A stretch of 33,759 nucleotides of DNA, from NCBI GenBank assembly GCA_038523235.1, contig JBCBJQ010000064.1:1-33759 (forward strand), in the 5' to 3' direction. Source of the DNA: Cyanobacteria bacterium J06626_4. GTDB lineage: Bacteria > Cyanobacteriota > Cyanobacteriia > Phormidesmidales > Phormidesmidaceae. A model generated the notes under the pieces. The model saw only the letters and a program-made list of their open reading frames with translations. It was not told the DNA's origin and ran no database searches. Shown piece after piece: positions 18,910 through 28,687 of this stretch. Numbering within the stretch: position 1 is the first letter of the stretch; each line of letters starts with the position of its first letter. A program made the position numbers and the translations under genes.

Positions 18910-19836
18910 ATGGGCATTTGGCATCATCGCTGGCTGCATATTGTAGGTAGCCTGTGTGTCGGGGCGAGTTTGGTACTGACTCAATCGACACCGGGAGCGC
19001 GGGCGGTTGAGTCAGCCGAATCACAGATTGCCCAAGTGCCTGACGTGCCGCCGTCAGAAGCGGCCCTCAATCGAGGCTTAGCTTTGATTCAGCAGGGTGC
19101 TGTGGTGGACGCGACAGCGGCCTTTCGAGAAGCCATTGCGTTAGACCCCAATTCGTCGGCCGCTCACTACAACTTAGGGCTGGTGCTGCGACAAACGGGC
19201 GAATTGCAAGAGGCGGCCACCGCGTTTTGGAAGGCGCTGGAGGCCGACCCGGAATTTGCGATGGCTTACTCCAATCTGGGTGCTGCCCTATGGGAAGGCG
19301 GCAATTTGGATCAGGCCCAAGAGTATTTAGAACGGGCAATCCAACTGCAGCCGGACTTAGGCAATGCCTATTACAACCTGGGCCTAGTGCAGCTCGACCA
19401 GCAAAATTATGAGGCGGCGATCGCCTCGCTACAAACAGCGGAAGAATACACGCCGAATGCCCCCGAACCCGCCTTTCATCAGGGCCGGATTTACTTGAGG
19501 CAGCAAAATTATGAGGCCGCGATCGCGGCCTTTGAGCGAGCGATCGCCATCTTTCCGCAATATGTCGAAGCGTTTTATAACCTCGGCGTTGCTCAGTATG
19601 GCCAGGGTGATTACAACGCGTCGCTCGATGCGTTTAGAGCGGCGACTGACATCAATCCTGAATATGCCAATGCCTATTACAGCGCTGGTTTGTCCTTTAT
19701 TCGCTTGGCCAACTATGGAGAAGCTGAGGGCGTCTTAGAGCACGCCAAAAACCTCTACATTACCCAAGGCAATCCTCAGTGGGCCTCAAACACGCAAGCT
19801 CAACTTGACCGGGCGGCGGAGCTAGCAGGCCAGTAG
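18910..19836 (+). CDS. Exported tetratricopeptide repeat protein
   Basis: Signal-peptide-like N-terminus and about seven 34-aa TPRs (AHYNLG, AYSNLG, AYYNLG, AFYNLG). Confidence 0.9.
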   Translation: MGIWHHRWLHIVGSLCVGASLVLTQSTPGARAVESAESQIAQVPDVPPSEAALNRGLALIQQGAVVDATAAFREAIALDPNSSAAHYNLGLVLRQTGELQEAATAFWKALEADPEFAMAYSNLGAALWEGGNLDQAQEYLERAIQLQPDLGNAYYNLGLVQLDQQNYEAAIASLQTAEEYTPNAPEPAFHQGRIYLRQQNYEAAIAAFERAIAIFPQYVEAFYNLGVAQYGQGDYNASLDAFRAATDINPEYANAYYSAGLSFIRLANYGEAEGVLEHAKNLYITQGNPQWASNTQAQLDRAAELAGQ

Positions 19837-19954
19837 GCTTCGCCTCGTTAGCTAGCTTCTGCTAATAGGCCTCACAACAGCACAGCTGCGATTTGGGGTT
19901 ATGTGATTTGTTGTGACGCGAGACAACCATCCAAACTTGCAAAAACCTGAGACA

Positions 19955-22900
19955 TTACGGGTTCATCTCGATCGCTCGCCAATCGCCGGAACCAATGAAC
20001 GCAGCCCAGTAATAGGGGTGGCTGTATTCGTCACTATTGAGGAATGCCAGTTGCGTTTCCCGCAGGGAAGCATCGCGGGGAGTACCAGAGAGGAGGAGAT
20101 CGTAGTAATCGACCATCAGCTCTTGGGTGGCGATATCATCCACCTTCCACAAGCTAATCACCTGGCTATGAGAACCTGCCAGCACAAAAGCCCGACGCAA
20201 ACCATAAACCCCTTCGCCGGCAGCCAATTCTCCAAGACCGGTTTCACAGGCCGAGAGCACCACAAGTTGAGTCCCACTCAGGTTCATGCCAGTGACTTCT
20301 AGGGCGGTCAAAATACCATCTTGGTCAGGGCCACTCTGGCCCTCTGCCGCTGCCCCCGCCAGAATTAGCCCTGACTGCAGCAATGGATTGAGTGTCTCTT
20401 CAGTGGGCTCAAAGAAACCATGGGTCGCGATGTGCAAAATGCTGGGCTGAGACTGCTGCTTGATCAGCGCTTCAGTAGCATTCGTTTGGGTGTAGACCTC
20501 AGCCCCCGGTAGCTTGGGGGCAATCAGATCGACTTCAGCTTGGGTGCCCGGTAGAGCAGGGAAGATGCGGCTATCAAAGTCGATCGCGCGGGTAGCTTGC
20601 GCGACCACTTCGCCTGGGCGACCGTAGATCGGGTTGCCTACCAACACAGCCGGATTGTTACTAGCGGGGGTATTTTCTAACCGCAGCAAGTCGCGACCCG
20701 AGGTGAGATAGCGAAACTGATAGGTTTCCACCAGATAATCACTAGCCTCATCGACTAAGGCTTCGAAGGGAATCAAGTTGAGGGCACCCGCTGGAGAGAT
20801 AAAGACGGTGGTGGTATCTCCCAGCAACTCCCGTACTGGAGCCATGATCAGTTGTTCTAGATCTTGGGCCTCGGCTTTGAACTGGCCGAGCGGGGTGTTG
20901 GATGAAGCCAAGCTCTGGGAGAACGTCTCCACCGCCGTATCAATGGTCACTGCTGGTCCTAAATCTATCCCCTGAATCGTGCCATTGGGCTGCAAGATAT
21001 AGGCGGCATAGTGATCGTCACCATACCGCTGCTGGATTGGGCCGGTGGGGTTAACCGGTCGATAGCGAGTGAACTCGACCAGAGTGGTCGCTGGGGGTAA
21101 GGCAGCCTGAATCTCAGCGACCGATGGCGAAGCGGTCACATTGGCAAAATCAGCACTGAGACGGCTGAGCTGGTCTTCAAGGCTAGTGATCTGGTTTTGC
21201 AGGGATTTGGCCTGGGTTTGATGATTTTCAAAATCCTCAGACGGTGAGTTCACGGCGAGGTTAGCAAGTTGAGTATTGACTGCATTCAGCTCATCCAAAA
21301 GTGCTGCGGCCTCGGGATCATCAGCCAATTGAGCCTGCAAGTTGGTAAACAGATCAAGTACGCGGCTTTTGCGTTGCAACAGAGTCGTGAATGCGAGGTG
21401 CGCGGCATCTGCATCAGTCGGCAGACTATTGAGATGCAGGCTAACCGTGTTATCGATTGTCCATGCTCGTGTATCCAAATAAGCGCGTTTCTGAGCATCC
21501 GAGCCCCCTAACAGATTACGGCTAAAGACGATTTCTTGATTGTTCAGCCCCCGTCTCAAGGTATCGAGGGCTGCTTGGGGCTGGCCTTGGGCAGAGTACA
21601 GCCCAGCCAGATTAATCAAGGTATCGGTAGTAGCCGGATGGTCAGACCCAAAGGTTTGTTCGCGAATCTCCAATATATTGAGGTATATGGGTTCTGCCGC
21701 TTGGTATCGATCTAGAGATCGATACACCGCAGCCAGAGTATCGAGGCTGGCAGCAGTATCGAGATGGTTGGGGCCTAGCTGCTGCTCACGAAGCTTTAGA
21801 CTTCGCTCGGCCAGGGACATGGCTATGTCAAAACGCCCCATCGACCAATACAGCTCGGCTAAATTATTGAGGTTGGTAGCGACCTCAAGATGGTCAGAGC
21901 CGTAGGCGCGCTCACTAATGGACAAGGCACGTTGATAGAGGGTTTCTGCATCTCCGTAGCGCTCGGTCGAACGGTACAGCAAGGCCAGATTATTAAGGCT
22001 GGCACCAGTCTCAGGATGGTCGGGGCCTACAGCTTGCTCGAAACTCTCCAAAGCCTGCATATAGACGGGTTCGGCCTCGTCATAGCGGCCCATCAACCAA
22101 TACAGATAGGCCAAATTATCAAGGCTAGCAGCGGTACGGCGATGATTGAAGCCTAAAGCTTGCTCACGAATCTCTAGAGTCTGTCGATAAAGGGGTTCGG
22201 CTTTGTCATAACGTCCCCGTAACTGGTGCAGCCAGGCTAGATTATTGAGGCTGTCAGCAACACGAGGATGATCGGAACCGAGTTCTTGCTCACGGAGTGC
22301 TAAGGCTTGCCGATATCGAGATTCGGCCTCGTCATAGCGGCCCGCCGACTGATATAGCGAGGCGAGGTCACTAAAGCTGTTAGCAACATGGATATGGTTG
22401 GAACCTAGCTGTTCCTCGCGAATCTCTAGAGCTCGCTGATAAAGAGGTTCGGCCTCGTCATAGCGTCTCATCGTCTGATACAGCCAGGCTAAATTATTGA
22501 GGCTGTAGACCGTGCTGTCGGGATCATCGCCGTGGGCTTGCTCATTGATTGCTAGGGCTCGTCGAAAGAGGGTTTCGGCCTCGTCATAGCGGCCCATCGC
22601 CTGGTACAACCCGGCCAAACTATCGAGACTGTAGACAATATCGGGATCATCAGGGCCGTCATAGGCGACTTGTTCACTAATTTCCAGAGAACGCCGATAG
22701 AAGGTTTCGGCCTCGTCGTAGCGCCTCGTCGACTGGTACAGCCCAGCTAGTGTCAGAAATATTGTGTAGTAATAATCGCTACTGACGATGGCCTCGAAGT
22801 CGTTGGGGTCTATTTGTTGCCCACTAATTTCTAGCGCACGCTGATAGAAGGGCTCTGCCTCCCTATAACGCCCCAAAGCCTCATAAAAATCAGCCAAATC

Positions 22901-23860
22901 AAGAAGGCTGACAATGGTGTCAGAATGGTCGGAGCCTAAAGCTTGCTCATTAATTTCTAGAGCGCGCTGATAGAGGGTCTCTGCTTCCCCATAGCGCCCT
23001 GTTTCCTGGTAAATCCTGGCTAGGTAACTCAGGCTGTCAACAAGGTCAACATGATCAGAGTCGAGCTGCTGCTCAAGAGTAGCTAGTTCTTGTTCTGCGA
23101 TCGCAATCTCCTCTACGTCGACGGGCCGTTCCCTCTCCACCGCGTCGATCTGCCTGGATTCCTGATAGTTCTGCTCCTCAATATCGATCGCAATCTGATC
23201 CAGTGCCTGCGCCTCATCGTCGCGCCCGATCAACCTATATACATCAGCCACAAGATAGAAACTGTCAGAGCTAAGGGCATCACCGTTAGATAGGGCATTC
23301 AGAAGGATTGCTTTTGCTTCTTCAAGAACGGTTTCTGTTTCTTCATAGTATCCGTGAGCCCAATATAGTCTAGCCAAATCGGAAATACGCGCTATGTCCT
23401 GCGCTGTGGCGGTTCGCCATTCCAACCGATAGCTTCCGGTTTCACTGGGCGCATAGCTGTTGACGATTAGTGTATAGGTCCCTGTATCGGGCAGAATTAT
23501 AAAAATAGAGGCATTGTTGCCCCCTGCTCCGTCGTCATCTTGGGCAATCACTTCCTCTGTGGGACTTTCTAGCATCAAATAAGCATTAAAGTCATCGCTG
23601 CTGAGGTTAATGGTCAGGGCTTCTCCAGCGGTGCCCTCAAACGTATGGAGTTCATAATAGCTACCGTGGTCTGTGAACACAGCAGAGGTTTCGTCTAGCC
23701 TGCCGGTAACTGTTTGCGGCGGGCGAGTAGCCTGCTGAGCCACCTGCACCGATGCAGCAACACTGGGGCTCACCATACTAATTGGTAAACTCGTCAACAG
23801 ACCGGCTAAGGCGAAGGCGTAGGGCAATTGATAACGCAAGCGAAAAGCGAGATGCACCAT
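19955..23860 (-). CDS. Secreted PPC-TPR-CHAT (caspase-like) protease
   Basis: Signal peptide; PPC domain (FEGTAGE...DDDGAGG...LPDTGTYTL); about twelve 42-aa TPRs; CHAT with ILHIATHG, LVVLSACETG, HPYYWAAF. Confidence 0.93.
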   Translation of the reverse strand: MVHLAFRLRYQLPYAFALAGLLTSLPISMVSPSVAASVQVAQQATRPPQTVTGRLDETSAVFTDHGSYYELHTFEGTAGEALTINLSSDDFNAYLMLESPTEEVIAQDDDGAGGNNASIFIILPDTGTYTLIVNSYAPSETGSYRLEWRTATAQDIARISDLARLYWAHGYYEETETVLEEAKAILLNALSNGDALSSDSFYLVADVYRLIGRDDEAQALDQIAIDIEEQNYQESRQIDAVERERPVDVEEIAIAEQELATLEQQLDSDHVDLVDSLSYLARIYQETGRYGEAETLYQRALEINEQALGSDHSDTIVSLLDLADFYEALGRYREAEPFYQRALEISGQQIDPNDFEAIVSSDYYYTIFLTLAGLYQSTRRYDEAETFYRRSLEISEQVAYDGPDDPDIVYSLDSLAGLYQAMGRYDEAETLFRRALAINEQAHGDDPDSTVYSLNNLAWLYQTMRRYDEAEPLYQRALEIREEQLGSNHIHVANSFSDLASLYQSAGRYDEAESRYRQALALREQELGSDHPRVADSLNNLAWLHQLRGRYDKAEPLYRQTLEIREQALGFNHRRTAASLDNLAYLYWLMGRYDEAEPVYMQALESFEQAVGPDHPETGASLNNLALLYRSTERYGDAETLYQRALSISERAYGSDHLEVATNLNNLAELYWSMGRFDIAMSLAERSLKLREQQLGPNHLDTAASLDTLAAVYRSLDRYQAAEPIYLNILEIREQTFGSDHPATTDTLINLAGLYSAQGQPQAALDTLRRGLNNQEIVFSRNLLGGSDAQKRAYLDTRAWTIDNTVSLHLNSLPTDADAAHLAFTTLLQRKSRVLDLFTNLQAQLADDPEAAALLDELNAVNTQLANLAVNSPSEDFENHQTQAKSLQNQITSLEDQLSRLSADFANVTASPSVAEIQAALPPATTLVEFTRYRPVNPTGPIQQRYGDDHYAAYILQPNGTIQGIDLGPAVTIDTAVETFSQSLASSNTPLGQFKAEAQDLEQLIMAPVRELLGDTTTVFISPAGALNLIPFEALVDEASDYLVETYQFRYLTSGRDLLRLENTPASNNPAVLVGNPIYGRPGEVVAQATRAIDFDSRIFPALPGTQAEVDLIAPKLPGAEVYTQTNATEALIKQQSQPSILHIATHGFFEPTEETLNPLLQSGLILAGAAAEGQSGPDQDGILTALEVTGMNLSGTQLVVLSACETGLGELAAGEGVYGLRRAFVLAGSHSQVISLWKVDDIATQELMVDYYDLLLSGTPRDASLRETQLAFLNSDEYSHPYYWAAFIGSGDWRAIEMNP
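19977..20101. repeat. 125-bp direct repeat, copy A (3' end of the CHAT gene)
   Basis: Aligns ungapped to 26253-26377 with 107/125 identities by hand count. Confidence 0.95.
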
Positions 23861-23927
23861 GATGTTTGCCTATTAGAGAGATTTGCTGTAAGCGTGATGA
23901 GGTCTTGATGTAGAGGCTTAATGTCTA

Positions 23928-24911
23928 CTATTCAAAAGCTGATTGGGGCAACTGCATTTCTAATGCGACAATCTGGGTCTGCAGTTCTGTCGCCTGTTCA
24001 AGGTTGCCTAAGTTTTCATAAAGCGCTTGGGCCATTTGTAAGTGGTCAAGCGCATCGGCATATTCCGTTTGTCCCTGCGCCACATCCGCCAGCCCCCAGT
24101 AACTCTCGGCTTGCCATTCCGCTTGCCCTGCTGCTTGAGCAGAGGTCAACGCTTCTTCGTAGCGCTCTTGAGCCAACAGCGGCAGCCCAACTTTCAGATA
24201 CGTATCGGCCTGCAGTAAGTAAACTCGGCTATCTTCCGTACCCGCCTCGATTCTGGCTTCTAACACATCAATGGCGGCTTGGTTGAGGGCGTAGCTTTGC
24301 CAATCAGGGTCGCTGTGTTCAAACTCGAAGTATTCTAGGGCGATCGCCAGGGCCTTTTCATCAGGCTCTCCCTGCTCTGCCCTAATGGCGTCTACTTGGG
24401 CGTTGACGCGAGCGCTCTCAGTTTCAGGCAGCAGTGTAAATCCAACGGGCTCTCCTGACTCAGACGAGATTCCATTATCAGCAGTGATGACCATGGTGTA
24501 GCGATAGTTCGGTGCTAAAGACTTTAGTTCGTCGAAGGTGGCTTCAGGCCCTGTTACTTCAACCTCCCAGTTAAACCCTTTGCCATTGATAACGACTGTG
24601 TATGAGGTGGCCCCGCTAACAGGATGCCATTGCAAAGTTAAAGCATCCGTGCCAATCAAAGCGCTATTACGCGGACTCAGCACGTAAGGCAGTGATTCAT
24701 CAAAAGGAGCCCGCGACGATCTTCTTGAACCGCGAGTGCGCGTTCTTCGATTAGGGAAAATGAAGTGCAAAAAGCTGATTTGAAGATTTTCCTCAATAGC
24801 GCTAGGGGATTGAGTGCCGATGGCACTTTGCACCGGCTGAGCGATCGCCACGGCAGTGCCGAAGGTCAGCACCATTGTCTGCATTAAAGCGGTAAAGCGT
24901 TTGTGTGACAT
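23928..24911 (-). CDS. Secreted protein with basic linker, beta-rich domain (DUF928-like) and C-terminal TPR
   Basis: Signal peptide; RRTRTRGSRR; PYVLSPRN...LQWHPVSGATSYTV; YLLQADTY / SYWGLADV TPR helices. Confidence 0.75.
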   Translation of the reverse strand: MSHKRFTALMQTMVLTFGTAVAIAQPVQSAIGTQSPSAIEENLQISFLHFIFPNRRTRTRGSRRSSRAPFDESLPYVLSPRNSALIGTDALTLQWHPVSGATSYTVVINGKGFNWEVEVTGPEATFDELKSLAPNYRYTMVITADNGISSESGEPVGFTLLPETESARVNAQVDAIRAEQGEPDEKALAIALEYFEFEHSDPDWQSYALNQAAIDVLEARIEAGTEDSRVYLLQADTYLKVGLPLLAQERYEEALTSAQAAGQAEWQAESYWGLADVAQGQTEYADALDHLQMAQALYENLGNLEQATELQTQIVALEMQLPQSAFE

Positions 24912-26188
24912 ACATCCTCGTAGTTGAGTCCTGCTGTATCAAAACGGTCACGAGCCATCGTTAGCCAAGCGTTTTCTTCAGGGTTGCTGCGATCGCCTAA
25001 CTGGCAACAGCGCTGCCAAACCGGCAACACATCTTGATTTCCTAAGGTCTCTCGAACTTGAGCGAACAAACAGTAGGCTGAGCCAGGGTTTGCCACAAAC
25101 TCCTGTTCAGAACTTGGCAATTGCTCATAGATTGAGATGGCCTCATCCAAAGCAGATGCCGCAAATGAGTATTCTTCTTGCTGTAGCAAGGCCCAGCCTA
25201 AGTTTTTATAGAGACTGAATTCAGTTTCTGGAAAACTTTCTTGCTCATCGGCTAGCCTTAACCCCTGACTCAACAGCGCTAGGGACTTATTCAAGTTGTT
25301 GTCAGGTGATTGCAGATATAAACGAGCTAAATTGTTATAAGCCTCTGGGAAATCCCCTCGCGCTGCAATTAGGTATTGGGTTTCCGCTTTGCCTAACTCT
25401 TGAATATCTTCGTAAAGAATTCCGAGATTATAGTGGGCGTCTAAATTGTCTGGGTCAAGGGAAATGGCCCGTTCGTAGTTTTGCTCAGCCGACCCCAGCT
25501 TGCCGTTATCATGCAGTGCTATTGCTCGAAAATTGTAATGTTTGGCAATGGTCGGCAATGTAAGCCAAAAAGCAAACAGAGTTCCTGAAAGCAGCGCTGT
25601 CGTGCCAAACCGAAAACGAATTTGCTGAGGCTTTGACAACTCAAAGCGATCAAATAGCAACTGAACGCCTTCATTTCCTGCATCGGTCAGATCACTGCGG
25701 GCTTTCAACAGCGTCAATAAATTAGACAGGGCAATGGCGGACAAGCCTGCTACGCCTGCCCCCCCGAGTAGAAAGCGCCCGCTGATATTCACTAATAGCC
25801 CAATGCTGATGGCCCAAGCCAGAGTGGTCGCCCCTTTGAACACCCAATCACTAGGATGCTTTTTGGGTGCCTCTAGGGCTTCATCCAGAAACCACCACCA
25901 CTGCTCTGGCGCTTTGGGAAAGCTTTGGCGATAAGCCCCAAAGTCTATCTGGACAACCAGGTCAGTCGCGTGCTCTTTGAGGTGGCGATCGAGGGTATGG
26001 ATTTCCTTCAGCCAATAGGTGCCAGGCGGTGGTGACTGCGCTAAAGCCGCGTGAAGGATATCGCGAGCATTCAGAACGGCCAAGACTTGCTGCTCCCCAA
26101 CATTCTGCGCCTTGAGAACCAGTTCAAGTGTCTCTCGATAAGCGGTGAGGGCTGTACCAAAGGCTGGGGTGGTCATGGGCGAAGGCAC
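24884..26188 (-). CDS. Membrane-anchored TPR protein (start 26188 or 26176)
   Basis: N-terminal VLAVLNARD...PEQWWWFLD domain, about three TM helices, TPRs AHYNLG / AYNNLARLY / YKNLGWA, C-terminal Cys residues. Confidence 0.85.
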   Translation of the reverse strand: MPSPMTTPAFGTALTAYRETLELVLKAQNVGEQQVLAVLNARDILHAALAQSPPPGTYWLKEIHTLDRHLKEHATDLVVQIDFGAYRQSFPKAPEQWWWFLDEALEAPKKHPSDWVFKGATTLAWAISIGLLVNISGRFLLGGAGVAGLSAIALSNLLTLLKARSDLTDAGNEGVQLLFDRFELSKPQQIRFRFGTTALLSGTLFAFWLTLPTIAKHYNFRAIALHDNGKLGSAEQNYERAISLDPDNLDAHYNLGILYEDIQELGKAETQYLIAARGDFPEAYNNLARLYLQSPDNNLNKSLALLSQGLRLADEQESFPETEFSLYKNLGWALLQQEEYSFAASALDEAISIYEQLPSSEQEFVANPGSAYCLFAQVRETLGNQDVLPVWQRCCQLGDRSNPEENAWLTMARDRFDTAGLNYEDVCHTNALPL

Positions 26189-26236
26189 ACAAGCAATGGA
26201 TTCATCCTAAAACAGCGGCGGCAATGAAATATTTGC

Positions 26237-27082
26237 CTACTGCTGCAAAGGCCGCCAGTCGCCGGAACCAATAAACGCAGCCCAATAGTAAGGATGGCTG
26301 TAATCCTCACTGTTGAGGAATGCCAGCTGCGTTTCCCGCAGGGAAGCATTACGGGGAGTGTCGGATAAGAGGCGATCTTTGACAAATTTGGGTGAGTGCC
26401 CATCGTGTAACCCCAACAGGTCGGCTGACACCAGCACTTGCCCATCGCAATGCGGGCCAGCCCCAATGCCAATCGTGGGAATGTTGACAGCTGCAGTGAC
26501 ATCCCTGGCAGCAATGGTGGGCACGGCTTCTAAAACCAGCGCAAAAACGCCCGCGTTTTCGAGCGCGATCGCATCTTGAACTAACTGAGCTGCCGCTACC
26601 TTGGTTCTTGCTTGAACCTTATTGCCCCCCAGCTGATGATACGACTGGGGCGTCAGGCCCAGATGCCCCATCACAGGAATCCCCGACTGGGTCAGGTTTC
26701 GAATCAATTTGTCCTGCCGACCTTCTAGTTTGATCGCCTGCACCCCGGCATCCTTCATCAACCGGCCAGCATTCTGGATACCGGCTTCCAGGGTGTTGTA
26801 AGTGCCAAAGGGCAGATCACCAACCACCAGTGACCGACGAGCCGCTCGGGCCACAATTTCACAGTGATAAACCATGGCATCCATCGTGACGGCCAGGGTC
26901 GTGTCATGCCCTTGCACAAAAATGCCTAGCGTATCGCCGACTAAGAGAATCGGCACCCCTGCCCGATCAAAAGCCGTCGCCGTTAGGCAGTCGTAGGCGG
27001 TCAACATGACAAACCGCTCGTCAGCGTGTTTGTAAGACCGGATTATTGGCACCGTAATGCGAGTCTCTTGGCCGATCATCAT
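26237..27082 (-). CDS. panB: 3-methyl-2-oxobutanoate hydroxymethyltransferase, C-terminally truncated and fused to a CHAT tail (possibly non-functional)
   Basis: MLTAYD, LLVGDTLG, DLPFGTY, KLEG, GHLGLTPQS, PTIGIGAG..CDGQVLV, PKFVK, then DRLLSDTPR...HPYYWAAFIGSGDW. Confidence 0.9.
   Translation of the reverse strand: MMIGQETRITVPIIRSYKHADERFVMLTAYDCLTATAFDRAGVPILLVGDTLGIFVQGHDTTLAVTMDAMVYHCEIVARAARRSLVVGDLPFGTYNTLEAGIQNAGRLMKDAGVQAIKLEGRQDKLIRNLTQSGIPVMGHLGLTPQSYHQLGGNKVQARTKVAAAQLVQDAIALENAGVFALVLEAVPTIAARDVTAAVNIPTIGIGAGPHCDGQVLVSADLLGLHDGHSPKFVKDRLLSDTPRNASLRETQLAFLNSEDYSHPYYWAAFIGSGDWRPLQQ
26253..26377. repeat. 125-bp direct repeat, copy B (remnant 3' end of a second CHAT gene)
   Basis: Encodes DRLLSDTPRNASLRETQLAFLNSEDYSHPYYWAAFIGSGDW, near-identical to the CHAT C-terminus. 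Confidence 0.95.
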
Positions 27083-27091
27083 GAACTGTCT

Positions 27092-27946
27092 TTAGATACG
27101 TTGGGATTGTGGCGAGGTGACGAAGGCGTCAAAATTGACCTGGTTCACTTCAGGTGTCCTTTTTAGCCATCTGGCGGCTAAGGTTGAAAACTGTTCCGGA
27201 CAGCCACTGACAAAAAACTGGGTGGGCCGTGCTGGTCGTGTGCTTTTCAAGTTTAAAAGCTCAAGTTCCTGAACTGCTGCTTTAACCATGAAGTAGGCCG
27301 GGTCAATCCGCTTGATTGTATCTGGTAAAAAAGTTTTGAAGACAGGTTCGAGATGCGGATAGTGGGTGCAGCCATGCACTAACGTGTCGATTTTGGCCGC
27401 TAAGAGCGGCTGCAAGTAGGTTTTGGCCACCGCTAACGTGGCGGGATCTTGCAGACGACCTTGCTCAATTAAAGGCACAAACTGCGGACATCCCATCTGC
27501 CAAACCTGGGCTTCAGCATCGGCTTCTAAAATGGCCTGACGGTAGGCGTCACTCGCCGCGGTGGCAGGCGTGGCAATCACCCCAATGCGTCGACCCGCCT
27601 TAACGGCGGCCCGCGCGCCCGGACAAATTAATCCCAAAATCGGGATGGGAAACGCTTGCTGCACCTGCTCTAGGGCGAGGGCAGAGCTGGTGTTGCAGGC
27701 CATCATCACCATCTTGACGTTTTGAGTCATCATCCAGGTCATGATCTCGTGCCCAAATTGGCGAATCTCTTCGGGGCTGCGATCGCCATAGGGCAGTCGG
27801 GCCGTATCGCCCACATAAAGAATCGACTCCTGCGGCAACTGCCGAGTCAACTCGCGCAATACGGTCAGCCCTCCCACCCCACTATCAAAGATGCCGATGG
27901 GCGCAGAACTTTTGGTGACAGTAGCGGATTCAGGCTGAAAGGTCAT
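27092..27946 (-). CDS. murI: Glutamate racemase
   Basis: PIGIFDSGVGGLTV, DTARLPYG, ACNTSS, GCTHYP. Confidence 0.97.
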   Translation of the reverse strand: MTFQPESATVTKSSAPIGIFDSGVGGLTVLRELTRQLPQESILYVGDTARLPYGDRSPEEIRQFGHEIMTWMMTQNVKMVMMACNTSSALALEQVQQAFPIPILGLICPGARAAVKAGRRIGVIATPATAASDAYRQAILEADAEAQVWQMGCPQFVPLIEQGRLQDPATLAVAKTYLQPLLAAKIDTLVHGCTHYPHLEPVFKTFLPDTIKRIDPAYFMVKAAVQELELLNLKSTRPARPTQFFVSGCPEQFSTLAARWLKRTPEVNQVNFDAFVTSPQSQRI

Positions 27947-28687
27947 AGGGATAAAGCAACTAGCTCGCAGGTTGATAAGAGTTTAGTGGGCTTTCTCTCC
28001 GTTTCAGCCGCGATCGCCCACTCATTACAAAGTCTCATCAGTAGTTGAGGCCGTTGATGAGATTGGCAAATTAGCCCTGCTCGCCCTATCTGGCTGGTGG
28101 CCCAACCCCCAATCGTTTCTCCCAAAATTGAGGGGACAGCAAGGCCATGAGCCTGAGCGAGCCTGTTTCGAACACTGACCAACTCCGATGCCAAAATGCC
28201 CAAAATCCGAGTTAAAGGCAAGTTTTGGGCACTTTTCAGTCAATTTTTGCTGGGCGATCACCGATTTGAGCCGCATTTGCAAAACCTTAGACCATTCCCT
28301 CAGTTGATCTCAGTACCATTGATCACTTAACTATGGCTGCCACGCAAGCCGTCCACGAGATCGCGGCATTATGGGTTTTGCACTGTTTGGTCGAAGAGTT
28401 AACCTGGAACACGCAAGATAACACCGAGTGTCTGACGAACTGGCTGATTCAAGTGCTGCAGGTGGCGGCGACATTGCTCTCACAGGCTCAAGATTAACGA
28501 GCTTTTGCAAAGGGTGCCAGACACCTCGGGAGGCGCTTTTCTTCGAGACGGCAAAGCAAAATGCTGCAACCATCAATCCTTAACCGCAGACTATGGCTAT
28601 AGCTATTTAGCCCTTTTGAGAATTCGCGCGGATGATATCACGCCTACAATTACTCGTAGTACATCTTAATCATTTCAAGTTAGTGCA

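Noticed and set aside
22071..22725. Regularly spaced DNA repeats as a possible CRISPR array
   Set aside because: The 126-bp in-frame period encodes TPRs; no spacers or cas genes
28025..28576. Short ORFs and the AAAATGCCCAAAA/TTTTGGGCACTTTT hairpin upstream of murI
   Set aside because: No protein motifs and no remnant of nucA or a transposase seen; hairpin function cannot be assigned
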